Below, one piece after another: positions 1 through 12,755 of a stretch of DNA of 64,000 bases. Under the pieces are notes generated by a model, which saw nothing but the letters and a program-made list of their open reading frames with translations, ran no database searches and was not told where the DNA came from. This stretch comes from Octopus bimaculoides. Its lineage: Eukaryota. Every line of letters begins with the position of its first letter. The first letter of the stretch is position 1. The DNA lies in contig NC_068987.1 of NCBI RefSeq assembly GCF_001194135.2, forward strand, positions 48,488,615 to 48,552,614, given 5' to 3'. Position numbers and translations under genes: made by a program.

Positions 1-30
<30 letters not shown>
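1..30. repeat. (AT)n microsatellite
   Basis: Direct. Other (AT)n tracts at ~5198-5224, 12734-12754, 13468-13502, 21754-21794, 22214-22234, 52300-52330 and 53007-53036. Confidence 0.95.
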
Positions 31-34
<4 letters not shown>

Positions 35-794
35 CTGTTATTTGTGTGTACACTTGTCTTGACATCATGTGATGATTGCAAATGAGCATCACTGTCATAC
101 AAACAAAGTTGTTAATTTTCAGTCTACCCTGGTGAAGAATTACCTTGCTTAGAAACAGGTCAGGACTAGCAATGGAAAGAGTGTCTGGCTGTAGGAAATC
201 TGCCTCAACAAATTCTGTCTGAACTATGCGAGCACGGAAAAGTGGATGTTAAATGATAATGGTGATGATGACCATGAAAATTGTAACTCTGTTGATGAAA
301 GTGTATCAGGATCACTAGATGTCAGTCTTGAAGGTATTATGAATGATGTAGCTACAGTCATAAACAACATGATGAGTAACATTCAGTTGTTAAGAATTGA
401 TATCACTGCAGAGTTAGTAGGATGTGACAGAGATAGCATGACAGCTTTGGTTTATATGGGAAAAAAAATCTTAGATGGTCAACATAAACTGGAGACAATA
501 AATTGTTCTGAGCGGTTGGATTAGAAGTGTTCTACTGTTTCTGCCAACTTGTCAGTCTTAAGGATTTGTTTCCATATCTCAATGACATTGGTAAACTCAA
601 TCTGTTGCTTAGTTTAACACCACTACTTGGCCCATAGGTGCCTTTAATGGAGTTTATTTTCGTGAAAATATTTAAGCCTACTCATTAGTCTAACTTCCTC
701 CTACTGGTCATATAGGCCCTGAAAATGTTTGTGAGTCCAGCTCTTCCCTCCTTAGATTAAGCTGTTAAAAAACCCCAACAATACTTTTAGGTAC

Positions 795-1245
795 TGATGT
801 GCCTGTGTGGTTAAGAAGTTTGCTTCCCAATCATATAATTTTTGGTTTCAGTCCCACTGCATGGCACCTTGGGACAGTCTCTTTTACTATAGTCGTGAAC
901 TGAAAGAAGCCCATTGTTTATGTGCATGTACACTTATCTTGGCATCATGTGATGATAGTACATGAGCATCACTGTCACACAAGCAATGTTAGGTATGTAT
1001 AGGTATATAAGTATATGTATGTGAGGGAGTGTTTGAGTCTCCATTTCTTAACATCATGTGTTAGTTGTAAAAATATAGAGTGTCACTCATTTTCAAAATT
1101 CTGTGAAAACATGTCTGACCATAGGGAAATATTAGCTTGCTTGGAAATGAGTGAGGATTGGTGACAGAAAGGATATCTGGCTGTAGAAAATCTACCTCAA
1201 TAAACTCCATCCAGACTCTTAGTAGATACTAAAATGATGATGACA
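795..1245 (+). mobile_element. tRNA-derived SINE with RTE-like (GAT)n tail (most abundant family here)
   Basis: Head GTGTGGTTAAGAAGTTTGCTT..GGTTTCAGTCCCACTG. Other copies at ~30-275, 5640-5990, 6355-6790, 15535-15970, 22562-22946, 23420-23785 (-), 29235-29600 (-), 29685-30057, 38030-38290 (-) and 38540-38800 (-). Confidence 0.85.
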
Positions 1246-2069
1246 CTGATGCGCACAACAATTAAATTTTTAAACAGGGATCAGGGTTAATATTTGCAGA
1301 AGAGCTATACTGAACTACTGCAATCTCAGCAGAAAGTAAAACTTAGTTGGCTTCAATAAGACTGAAATCTACAAAACTGGAAAACAAAGCCAAATACTGG
1401 AATATCTAAGCTATGTTTACCAAGGAATATAAACCATATTGATTTTACCAGACCTGCAAAGTCATAGGTATAGCCTCTTCTCTTGACTAAGTCATAAAGA
1501 AAAAAATCTCACTACATTTAAAATATTCACTAAGGCAGCAAATTGGCAGAGTTGTTAGAGTGATGGACAGAATGCTTTGTGTTGTTTGTTCCAGCTCTCC
1601 ACAATCTGAGCTCAAATCCTGTCATGGTCAACTTTGTCATTCTTCCTTTCTGGGTCAATAAAAAAGTACCAATCCAAGGCAGTGGATTAGTGGAACTGTA
1701 AAAATGTCAAAACTAGATGACCTTGTGGAGGTTCTTTGTAGTCTGAGTTCAAATACCACCAAGGCCTACTTGGGTGTAGACTTAACCTGTCACCTGGTTT
1801 AACAGTGTCACCTCACATCCTGGAAACTTTAGCAGAATCTGCTCTGCTGCAAGCTTTTGGGTCAGATTTCCTATTTGAGGATCCTATCTTCTCTCCCTCC
1901 CACCAGTTTCAAAGACCTTGTAAAAGCCATGGACACTTTCTTCCCTTCTAACTAAAAATTAAAAACAAAAACACATAATAACTGGATTGGAACTCAAAAT
2001 GTAAAGTACCAGAACAAATGCTGCAAGGCATTTTTCAGCTAAACTAATGATTCTACCAGCTCACCATTG

Positions 2070-2378
2070 GAAATAGAGGTAACTCGAATGTGGAATCTAA
2101 AAACAGAAACAATTCCTAGTAGGTGCCTTAGGTATAATAAAAAAATATTCAGACAAATACATAACAAAAACACCAGGACTTACAAATATATATAACATAC
2201 AAAAAATTGCACCACTGGGCACTGCACACATACTACGCAAAACACTTTCAATACAGTAACCATAAGAGCATCACAGCACATACCCAAGGCACACAGAGCT
2301 GCGCTCGGTAGTGAAGTGAAAGCACGTTATAAAAATAAAACTACTGAACAACAACAATAATAATAATAATAATAACAA
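2070..2378 (+). mobile_element. RLE-type (R4/Dong-like) LINE extreme 3' end
   Basis: VGALGIIKKYSDKYITKTPGLTNIYNIQKIAPLGTAHILRKTLSIQ*, then a 3' UTR ending in (AAC)(AAT)n. A shorter homologous UTR copy lies at ~3500-3590. Confidence 0.8.
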
Positions 2379-2622
2379 TCCTTTCTACTACAGGCACAAG
2401 GCCTGAAATTTTAGAGGGAGAAGGTAAATTGAATATATTAACCTCAGTGTTCAACTGGTGCTTACTTCACTGACCCTGAAAGGATGAAAAGCAAAGTCAA
2501 CATGAGCGAAACTTGAACTCAGACTATAAAAGATGGACAAAATGCCACTAAGTTTTTTGTCCAGCATGCTAACAGTTCAGCCAGTTTGCCCAGTGTGGTA
2601 ATGAGTCTGCCAGCTCGCTGCC

Positions 2623-2625
<3 letters not shown>
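2373..2625 (-). mobile_element. Full-length SINE copy, family of 4165-4385
   Basis: Reverse complement of the same head and body, flanked by (AAT)n tracts. Confidence 0.82.

Positions 2626-2665
<40 letters not shown>
2625..2665. repeat. (AAT)n microsatellite
   Basis: Direct. Others at ~2356-2373, 3426-3463, 45674-45694 and 59121-59147. Confidence 0.95.
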
Positions 2666-2666
<1 letters not shown>

Positions 2667-3431
2667 TGTTTCAAATATAGGTACAAAGCCAGCAATTTTA
2701 TGGGGTGGGAGGTAGCTGATAACATCAACCCTCTTACTTGACTGGTACTTCATTTTATTGAACCTGAAAGGATGGAAGGCAAAGCTGACCTTGGAACTAA
2801 TTGAACTCAGAATCTAAAGATCTGGAAGAAATATTGCCAAGCATTTCATCTGATGCACTAACAATAATAATCTGCTGATGATATATGCATCTCTGATAAC
2901 AAGCAGAAGTAGTGGGGTAGCATCAATGCCCTGATGCAGTATCACTCAGTGGCTCTCATGGCTTTTGATCTTAACTGATTGGAAGTGTTATCATGTACAT
3001 GTTTTGTCTTGGTATAAAAAATGGGTTACAGCAAATAGTCTGCTCAATATCACAGATTTACTTGTTAGTTGCTTGACCTTAACCAGTTGAGCATGTCCCT
3101 TAATGGATGACAATATGTGTTGAGAAAAATTCTTGGGGCTTCACCTCTGGAAACATGGGTGTTTCGTTCAACATCCTTAAACAAACCTTGTTCAGGGGCC
3201 TTTTGAGCAGGATAGGTTAGCTGACCTAAATAGAATTCTAACTGAGCCCCCCTTGCAAGGTCATGCGCTGTTTATCCTGATATGAGATCACCATGTCACA
3301 CATATATGGTTGTGATGCATGTGCCTGGTGCACACTCATCAGACAAGTAGTCATGGTGGGTATATTGGGTTTTATATATTTGTACACCAGTGTCACTCTG
3401 GTGGCATGCACTGCTCTCTCACTCAATAATG

Positions 3432-3466
<35 letters not shown>

Positions 3467-4164
3467 CAACCATTAATGCAGTAAAATAACAGTACTAAAA
3501 TATATCACAGCATATACTTAAGACATACAGAGCTATGCTCAGTAGCACAGTGAAAGCAGGCAATAAAAATAAGATTATTGAATGACAATAATAAAAGTTT
3601 GAAGTCTTTGATGGGATTGGGGAAATAAATCTTGAAAAACAGAAAGCAGAAAAACAAACAACCATCCAAAACAAAACTATTTAGAAGATACGAACAAAGT
3701 TTTACAATAGTTATCCAACTGTGGGCAAAATGGGGTTGTTCATTGACAAGATTCAGAATTAAATTAGAATTAAAACTGTTTGCTGAGATCATGTAGTGGT
3801 TACAACATAACAATGTCACAAAGCAAGATGTGGCTATTGTGGCTTTTGCTTTATGACAACATTTCTTCCAGTTCTTTACACTCTGAGTTCAAATCTGCCA
3901 AGGCCAAATTTACCTTTCACATCTCTGGAGTCAATAATACAATGTACCAGTCAAGTACTGGGGTCAATTGTACTGACTAATCCCTTCTCCTTAAAACTGC
4001 TAGCCTTGTACCAGCATTTGAAACCCATTATTATTATTTGTATACAAGATAGTGAACTGGCAGAATTGTTAACATATCGATTTTACTTGTTTAGAGAAAT
4101 TTCTTCCAACTTTATGTTCTGAGTTCAAATGCTGCTTAGGTTGTACCTATAGTAAAACAATTTA

Positions 4165-4385
4165 AGGTAACGAGCTGACAGAATTGTTAGTATGCCAGAC
4201 AAAATGCTTAGTGACATTATGTCTGTCTTTACATTCTGAGTTCAAATTCTGCTGAGGTTGACTCTACCTTTTATTGTTTTGGAGTCAGTGAAATAAGTAC
4301 CAGTTGAGCACTGAGGTTGATGTAATCAAGTAGTCCTCCTCACAAAATGTCAGGCCTTGTGCCTATAGTGGATAGGATTATTATT
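4165..4385 (+). mobile_element. tRNA-derived SINE, family with head GG(C/T)(G/A)(G/A)CGAGCTGGCAGAAT(C/T)GTTAG
   Basis: B-box-like GAGTTCAAATTC; 3' end ..ATAGGATTATTATT. Copies at ~1535-1680, 2373-2625 (-), 2665-2870 (-), 3830-4040, 38300-38520 (-), 43835-44050 (-), 49850-50025 (-) and 60650-60770 (-). Confidence 0.82.
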
Positions 4386-4702
4386 CATATACTTCTTAAC
4401 AGTGGTAAACATTGATAATTCTTTCTACTGTAGACACGACTTGAAATTTTGGTAGCAGGCATTAGTTGATTACATCTGTAGGATAAAGGCAGTTGATTTC
4501 TGTAGGTTATTTTCATGCAATAGACTAGTGTTTGATTCACAGAAGGATCTCTCATTCACTTAAATCTACAGAAACTGGTCTAAAAGCCTTTGTGGATTAA
4601 TTTGAACTTTCAACCTTAAAATGGCACCATTCACTATTTCTGACAGAAAGAAATAAACAACCAAAATCTCCAGAGGTGTCTACAGCAAAGTATCAATTAC
4701 TG

Positions 4703-4774
4703 CTACAGAATACAAGTATAATAGAGGAAAACAGTGGAAAAGATGACACCAAAGAAAGATATCGAAGCTCTTAC
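4703..4774 (-). CDS. Candidate alternative terminal exon: VRASISFFGVIFSTVFLYYTCIL* (second hydrophobic helix)
   Basis: Acceptor-like ttttttgtggtgtctcag, phase 0, compatible with the 7682 donor. The same site also reads as a donor (cag|gtaaga), so this is uncertain. Confidence 0.35.
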   Translation of the reverse strand, partial: VRASISFFGVIFSTVFLYYTCIL

Positions 4775-5193
4775 CTGAGACACCACAAAAAACTTAATTA
4801 CATATTTGTATTCATGTGCTCAATATGCACTTGTAGGATAGTGCAAAAAGTATGATAAATGTATACTTATGGTTTACTAACTACACTATTAGAGCCATAT
4901 CATAGTTTCATACTAGTATCCAAGTGCATAGCAAGAAATTTGTTTCACTTTACATTTTGCTATTTATCAGAGTTAGTTTCTTTGTTATTTTTAAAGCTGG
5001 TAACCTATCTAAAATATAATTAGGGGCTTTATATTATGCCACAATTATCTGATAAGTGCTATTATTAAAAAAGCAAACAAATACAGCATTATGTAATAAA
5101 TGCTTAGATGATAATATTGCTTCTATAAACAGAGCTGTTTGTCATGCTATTGTCTATTTTTCCACATGTTGTGTTCTTTCTGTCCTACCTTTG

Positions 5194-5224
<31 letters not shown>

Positions 5225-6478
5225 CTGATAGTACACTGTCTTAAAATTTCAATATTTGTATGTTAAAGCAGAGCAATGACTGTAATACTAAAGTAATCAA
5301 CATGCACCAAACTGGTTAGGTACTGCTGTTTAGTTGCAGCAGTCTCTCCCTCTACCAGGTTATGCCTACAGATTGATTTAATTACGAAACAAAGTGTGTG
5401 CTTACATTTTAGCTTCAATTACAAGCATTTGCATTAAACTGAATGTTAGACCATTTATTTGCACTAAATGATTTATGTCTTGAATAGAGGTGAAGCACAT
5501 ACCCAGAAAAACCTTCAACATTCCACTTTCTCTACTAAACTGTTTTCTGATTTCCTTCTCATCCCACATCCTCACAGAATATGATCACCTTCTTGCTGCT
5601 AGTAGTCTATAAATATTAACAAATATGAACAATTTAGTCTTGAGCAAGTATCTTCTACTATAGCCTCAGGCCAATCAAAGCCTTGCGAGTGAATTTGGGA
5701 GATGGAAACTGAAAGAAGCCCATCATATGCATGCATACATCATATATGTGTATGTCTGTGTTTGCGTATGCTTATGCCTCCTTGTCTTGACATCACATAA
5801 TAGTTGTAAATGAGTGTCACTGTCTTACAAGCAGTGTCATTTGTTCAAGGGAAACATATTTGGATATGGGGAAATATTACCTTATATGGAAACAGGTGAG
5901 GGTTGGCAACAGGAACAAGCATCCAGCCATAGAAAATCTGCCTCAGTAAATTCTGTCCATCTCATACAAGTATGGAAATAATGATGATGAAATCTTTTGA
6001 GAGTAAAATAGTCATGGTATGCACAATTTTGATTAGGTCCCTATTCAATTACTAGTTTTACGTTAATTTTTCTAACTCATGCCAGCATTGAAAAATGGAT
6101 TTTAAAATGATGATGATGATGACTGCATAAAATAATATTAAACAACTATCTCCAATCCACTAAATTTGAAAAATTTGAAAATTACAACTTAGTCAATTTA
6201 TTAGAAAAGTATTCATGTCATGTTTCATTAAAATGAAATTAAAATTTTCCAATTCTAAAATATATTAATATTGGATCAGCTAGCTAACCACTCTCAAATG
6301 CTATGTCTTATCTCTGGCAGGTAAAAAAAAAGACAAAACAAATCACACATTTTGGGGATTATTTCCACTATGGGCAAGTGCCTTTTACTATAGCTTCAGG
6401 CTGACAAATGTCTTGCAAGTGCAATTGATAAACAGAATATGTATCGAAACCCATTATATGTATATGTATAATGGCGTG

Positions 6479-6480
<2 letters not shown>

Positions 6481-6518
<38 letters not shown>
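6481..6518. repeat. (CA)n microsatellite
   Basis: Direct. Confidence 0.95.
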
Positions 6519-6519
<1 letters not shown>

Positions 6520-7663
6520 TTGTAGTCATGGCTAGTGCTGATGATGTGTGTAAGGCACCCATGCTGGTGACACGTAAAAGGCACCTGTGCTGGCGACACA
6601 GAAAAGACACCCAGTACATTCTATGGAGTAGTTAGTGTTAAAAAAGCCATCCAACCATAGAAACCAAGCCGAAATAGACCGGAGCCTGGTACAGCTTTCT
6701 GGTTTATCAGTTCTAGTCAAACTGTCTTAACCATGCCAGCATGGAAAAACGGATGCTATATGATGATGATGATGATGATGATGATGACAACATATATGCA
6801 CAAGGACTTTTGGTTTCATACCCAGATATGTATTTAGCCTACCAAGGTTGGTAGGACTCAAAGTTATGATGAAGGCAACTAGCCTAGGAGATAGAGGATT
6901 CTAATAAGAAGGCCTGAAGTATGTTTATTGAATTTGTAACAAAATTTGCATCAACTTCCTGCTATGAACATTTCCAAAAAGTGTGGCTAATCTTACACAA
7001 GCCTTCACCACTGAAAACAAATCATCTGTGTAGGTAGGCAAATAGCGATGCTGTTGGATTCTTACATGTTGAGATTGATGAGAGAATCCATTACACACAC
7101 ACACACATAGCAGGTTAAATAAATTATGCCTAATTCATGCAAGCATGGATAAAATAAATGTTAAAATGATGATGATGATGTCTAAATATAAAACACACTT
7201 CTAGGTTATGATTAAACTCAGGGATATTTACAACTATTTATAACATGGTAAAAACCATACCAAATCAGACTGGAACTCAGTGCAGCTCTCCAGCTTACCA
7301 ATTCCAGTCAAACCATCTAACCCATGCCAGTAGATGCTAAAGGATGATGATGATGATGATGGTTAGAATGATTTTATTCACTATATCATGGAACCAGCTT
7401 ACTATTAGAAAATACCATGTTATTAAAAAGGGTCAAAAGAAATAAGACTTAAAACCTTAATGATCTATAAGAGATGGGAAATGATAACAGATTTAGAGAT
7501 TATGGTTTTATCAGTTTGGAATATAATCCAAAAGGAGTATTTAGATCTAGGTTTTGTTGGGTTTTAGTGTAGTTTAGAATTAGTTTTAGAAAGGATAATC
7601 CTAGGATACTTACAACAATAGAGTTTGATGTCGAGACTAAGGCATTGCATTGTGAATCACTAA

Positions 7664-7842
7664 TCACTCATAATGACTGACCTGTGTTCGGGTTAGCAAT
7701 CGCCGCATAGCTGAAAACAGCTTCCTTAGGATCTGGCAGATAATTACTATGCAGAGGAATATTGCATATCCAGCATACATAAATAACGAGATGTATCTTG
7801 GTGGCAGCCACAGTGTCATATACTTGATATTCCCATTGTCAT
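7664..7842 (-). CDS. Coding exon 8: [58 protein letters not shown]; C-terminal TM
   Basis: Acceptor cttctctctttattttag, phase 1. TGA at 7666-7664, or internal donor CAG|gtcagt at 7682/7681. A minus-strand AATAAA lies near 7373-7378. Confidence 0.88.
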
Positions 7843-10800
7843 CTAAAATAAAGAGAGAAGAGAACAACATTTGTAGAATGAATTAATAGATTTATAAACA
7901 TTACTGATCATAGAAGGATTATTCTACTTTATTAGCCATTTTGATATCAACCCTCCTGAGACTATTCTTGATTCTATGATACAAAATGCCTGTTTTAAAA
8001 TAATTTAAATTAAGACCTTCCATCAAAATTTCTTGTTAATTTATGTTCCAAACATCAGCTTAATAATGACAAAATTATTTTACTAAATACTTCATTATTT
8101 TCAAAAACTAATTAAAATAAAGGCAGTGTATTCCAAGAGAAATAAGGTAACAAAAGGGTTAACACTGGCTGCAAAGTTACATTTTCTCTCAATTCACTCA
8201 TGGAAGTTTCAGATAATATACAAGAGAGAAGGCCCTAGCTTGGAAACAGAAATTTTCAAGTGGTGATCTAAAAAATAATATAACTCATTCTCCACCTACC
8301 CACATATAGGTTATTAATGACAAGGGTAGTTAGGTTTAAAAACCCCAGCTCAAGACCAAGATCTAATTTGTGGATACACATTAAATCAATCCACAAAAAT
8401 CCACAAAAATCAGGCTAGAGCACAGCTAAATGATACAAATAGCAGCAGAAAACCAAAGTTGAAGTTACCTGTGTAGACCTCAAACATTGTGAAAAATTTG
8501 CAAATTGAGAACAGAAATGAGAAATAAAAAACAAGTTAGGAGTCAGATAAATTTGCAAAAGCAACAATTCATTAGCTGTGTCTACACTTCCTCACATTCA
8601 GTCAATGGGTTATGTGCAAATTGGGTTGCAAAATTTTCTGTTCTACCTTGGTTCAGCTTTCTTAGTAATTCTTTATTTTGGCATTTCACCTAATTCCAAC
8701 ACAACCTATAAAGTCATGCTCATCTGGTTCGAAGTTTTTTGACAGTTTCAGTAGAGCTGGTGCCACAAAAAAGTAAAGTGTGTACAGGATACTTTTTTTT
8801 ACAGGGTATTAGGAAGGGCATCCAACTGTAGAAACTATGCCAAAGCAGATACTGAGCTTGACGCAGCCCCCTGACTTATTAAATCCAATTGAACCATCAA
8901 ATCTATGTCACTATGGAAAATGGTTTTAAATGATCTTGATGATATTCTTTGCATCACTTCTGCTGTGGCTCTCTCATTACTCTGTATGTTTTCCATACAT
9001 TTAGATGTCTTCACTTAGGTAACAAACAATTTGTTAAATTTTATATACAAAAGCTCCAATTTTAACCTCTTTTATCTTAAGTGCTGGAGTAAGATGACCC
9101 GAATCAGTATGACAGAGAAGATAATCCTGACTAGAAAACCAACAATATGAATAGGTTATGACTAACAGACAATACCAAACCTAAATGTGTACAGTGCATT
9201 CAAGAGTTGCATTTCAGTACTAGGAGGGAATTTAGAGGAGACTAGGTTCTTCAAATGCATTTCCTAATGATAATAACTGAAACTTATTTTCAACACTTTC
9301 TCATCTGAACAAATAACATTCCAGTATATTTGATGGATAACAGCTATGTTTATACATATCTAAACTTCATTTAACACTGACCCTCTTGCATTAACTCTGT
9401 CATATACCTTCTACATTCTCATCAACATTAACAGAAGTGGAGAGGAGAAAACTTTTCAGATATCTTCAGTTTAATTCAAGTCTATTTTTAACTGTATATT
9501 TACTTCTTACATACTGTACCACTTTACCAAGTTATTTACTTAATTCCTATGTGAAACCTTAGTAGTTAGACTTTAAATCAACATTTACTATAAACGGGCA
9601 TGCGACAAAGAACAAAAAGTAAAAAGTAAATCTCTTATAAGTACTATATTTTTTCACAGAAGTTTAAAAATAATATATTACTTACTTATAACCAGAACAC
9701 CATAACCCATCTTAGGTTCACCCATCCGATAGCTGCAGGTAGGCACCATAATCTCAACTAAAGTACTTTTCTCATCAGAATTGATTTCAATATAGTTTTC
9801 TTCTGATGTGAGGTCACGTTTTGTCACAGGCCAGTAATCACCATCATCATTTTCTTGTGACAAGCAATCCTCACACAAGAATAAATTTGCCTACATAAAG
9901 GGAAAATAGAATTTTGTTTATTGATGAAATATGCACAACTCCCTCTACCTCTGTTAGCTTTTAATTTCATTTTTGGTGAATCAGTTAAACTTTATTAGAT
10001 ATGTTTGTTTTGCTTCTATTTTTTTCATTTTATTGTTAAATGTATAACATTAAAATCTCAATTCTATCTATGCTGAAATATCTTTCTTAGCTAACCTCTG
10101 TACTGGCTGTCCAAACTTTACATCCACTAGCAAGCTCACAGACAAAATAGGTGCTGTAATTTTGGTAAAAGAGACAGAACAAAACTCCAAAATTAACAAG
10201 CTATAGTTTGCAACTATGGCATTTTTTACATTTGGTAATTAACCTTTTTATGATAATATATATATATAGGTGCATGTATGACTGTGTAGTTAACAAGCTC
10301 ATTTGGCAACCATGTAAAATAATTGTAAAAGAAATTGCCTTTCAAAACATAGATATTATGGCAGACATTTAGTAGTCATGAGAAAACATAGGTCAGTAAG
10401 GGACATAAAAAAGTAGTAAAATCCAATCTTTCCAACAGAATTTTTACTATCTGAATCATCTGAGAGATGTATTAAGATATTATTAGAATATGGTTATACA
10501 GGAACTGAGAGTTGCTACTGCAAACAAGAGTGAAAGGATGACAGCGAGTGAAGTTCGGTTACCTGGAGATTAGTTTTAAGGCCCACATCTGATCACTATG
10601 AACTGCAAGAAAACAGCCAAAGAGAATGGTACTAAATTGAGATCATATTGAAATATTGTCCAACCCATGTCAGTATGGAAGATGGATGTTAAATGATGAT
10701 GAATAAATATGTAGATCATCAGGTCATGAAAGTTTCTGCCAAATTCAATAGTGAATTATTCTTTCATATACTGTAACAGGATTGAAGAGAAGTAAAGTGT

Positions 10801-12723
10801 GTGAAAAGAGAATAATATAATGTATATCCTGAAATAAAGTCATTTTATTTACAGCAGGAAACAGCTGTATATCTTAACATAATATTGATTTTCATTGCAA
10901 GAGACAAACTTTTTAATTGTTATAAAAGAAATCATGTTAGAAATCAAGCAGTAGGGAATAAGATATATTAAAAGAAAATAATGTAAAACAAAATTACCTT
11001 GTGCCAGTGACCAGATATGACCATGTGTGGTCGAATGGGCTTCAATAGCTGCAACACATAGGAATACTAAAATGATACTTTCATAGCAAACTGAACATTT
11101 TGGGTACAAAATATGACAAAAAGAAAAGGGAGGAAGCAGAAGCAGCTTTTTTAGCAAAATATCATCTAAGGGTCAGGATAGGCAAAGAGAATTTCCACAT
11201 GGAATAGGAAGTGCTTAGTGCTGTTTAGTGTCATGAAGTAGACATTCAGTTAGTAATGCAGAGTATAAAGGCATAAATATTGCATTAGTAGAAAATACTT
11301 CAAGCAGGCATAGTCTGACTTAGACAACGTGATATATTTTAGCCAGATAAGTGACCCAAGCATGATAACGGGAATTGCTTCTTAAAAAAATAAAAATGAT
11401 AATACCTCAATAAAGCAATGCAACATTACTCAACCCAAACACAGAACATCCAAGACAACACTGTTCAATCCAGCCACCAGATAAAACAATGATGTAACAC
11501 TTCACCTGAAACATTAGGCAACATAACTTTGTTTCTCCCAAAGATCAATTAACTTGCTACTGCTCCAACTAATAACTTAATAATTATTTGTGACAATACC
11601 TTAATTAAATAAAAAAAACAAACAATGTTTTAATTATTGAGATTAACTAGTTACTGTGAAAACATTGTATTTGATAATTTCAAATAAGAAGTAATTGTAA
11701 TAAAACCTGAATTCAAAATATAGAAACAAATTCAATCTTTTAAAAATCAGATTAATGAAAAATAAATAAAAAAACAAGTTATCATATTAAGAATATATCA
11801 GTTAACGTATTTCCTAATGTATGTAATCTTCTGAAAGTAATTTGATGACAGTGATATTTTTTTATATGCTGGTATCTCACAGAAAAATATTCATGTTTTT
11901 GGCTTATGAGTATTCTATAAAAAAATTAAAAAAATAAATAAATAAACATGTGTGACTAGATATACATGTGTATACATATATGTGTGTCTGCATGTATGTG
12001 TGAGTATACACACACACACACACACAAATGAATCTATGAAGCATAGCATCTATGAAGCATAGCATCTATGAAGCATTCTTGAGAAATACTTTTATTTAAA
12101 TATATCAATAAGCCCACTTACAGTTTGCATATGTACCTCTCCCTCCTTTCTAATACCATTCCTCTGTCTTAAACCCCATGTAACTCAATCTATCCCTATC
12201 CATTCATTAACTTCCCCTACAAACTTTTTTTATCATCAATTATTTGTCTATATTTACAAGAGTTTGCAACTCTCATTGAAAAAAGATAATAGCAATAGAA
12301 TATTATAGTGATGCTTCATTCCCTAACCGGACAGGCATATAACAACATGGTAGTCAAAACTTGGGATCTTTAGTGAGACACAAACCTTTATGTATAAATG
12401 TACCTGATGAGACCTAGACTGCAAAATTGATGCAACACATGTTCAAAGGAGTCTCATCCATAAGGGATAGTAGCAGGATGGGTCAAAATGGCTGTTGTAC
12501 AAAATAAAAAATAAAGATTAATACCAAATCCATCTTCTCATTACTTAAGCAATTATTATTATTATTATCTCAACTAACACTGTGGAATTCCTGAAGTAGA
12601 TCCAATGGAAACACACCCCGACAGTGGATGACATCAGGTAGCCCAAACTGTGCCAGTGCTCTACTCAGCACTTCAACACCCTAATCAACATATACCCATT
12701 CATCCAAAAATATTAAATATGCA

Positions 12724-12755
<32 letters not shown>

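Noticed and set aside
7664-9890. Initial resemblance of exons 7-8 to the HGSNAT luminal domain
   Set aside because: The upstream exons supply all five metallophosphoesterase motifs in frame, and [11 protein letters not shown] fits the Cdc1-like C-terminus.
10849-11157. 102-aa minus-strand track ORF
   Set aside because: The real exon (10998-11048) is in a different frame; the rest is intronic.
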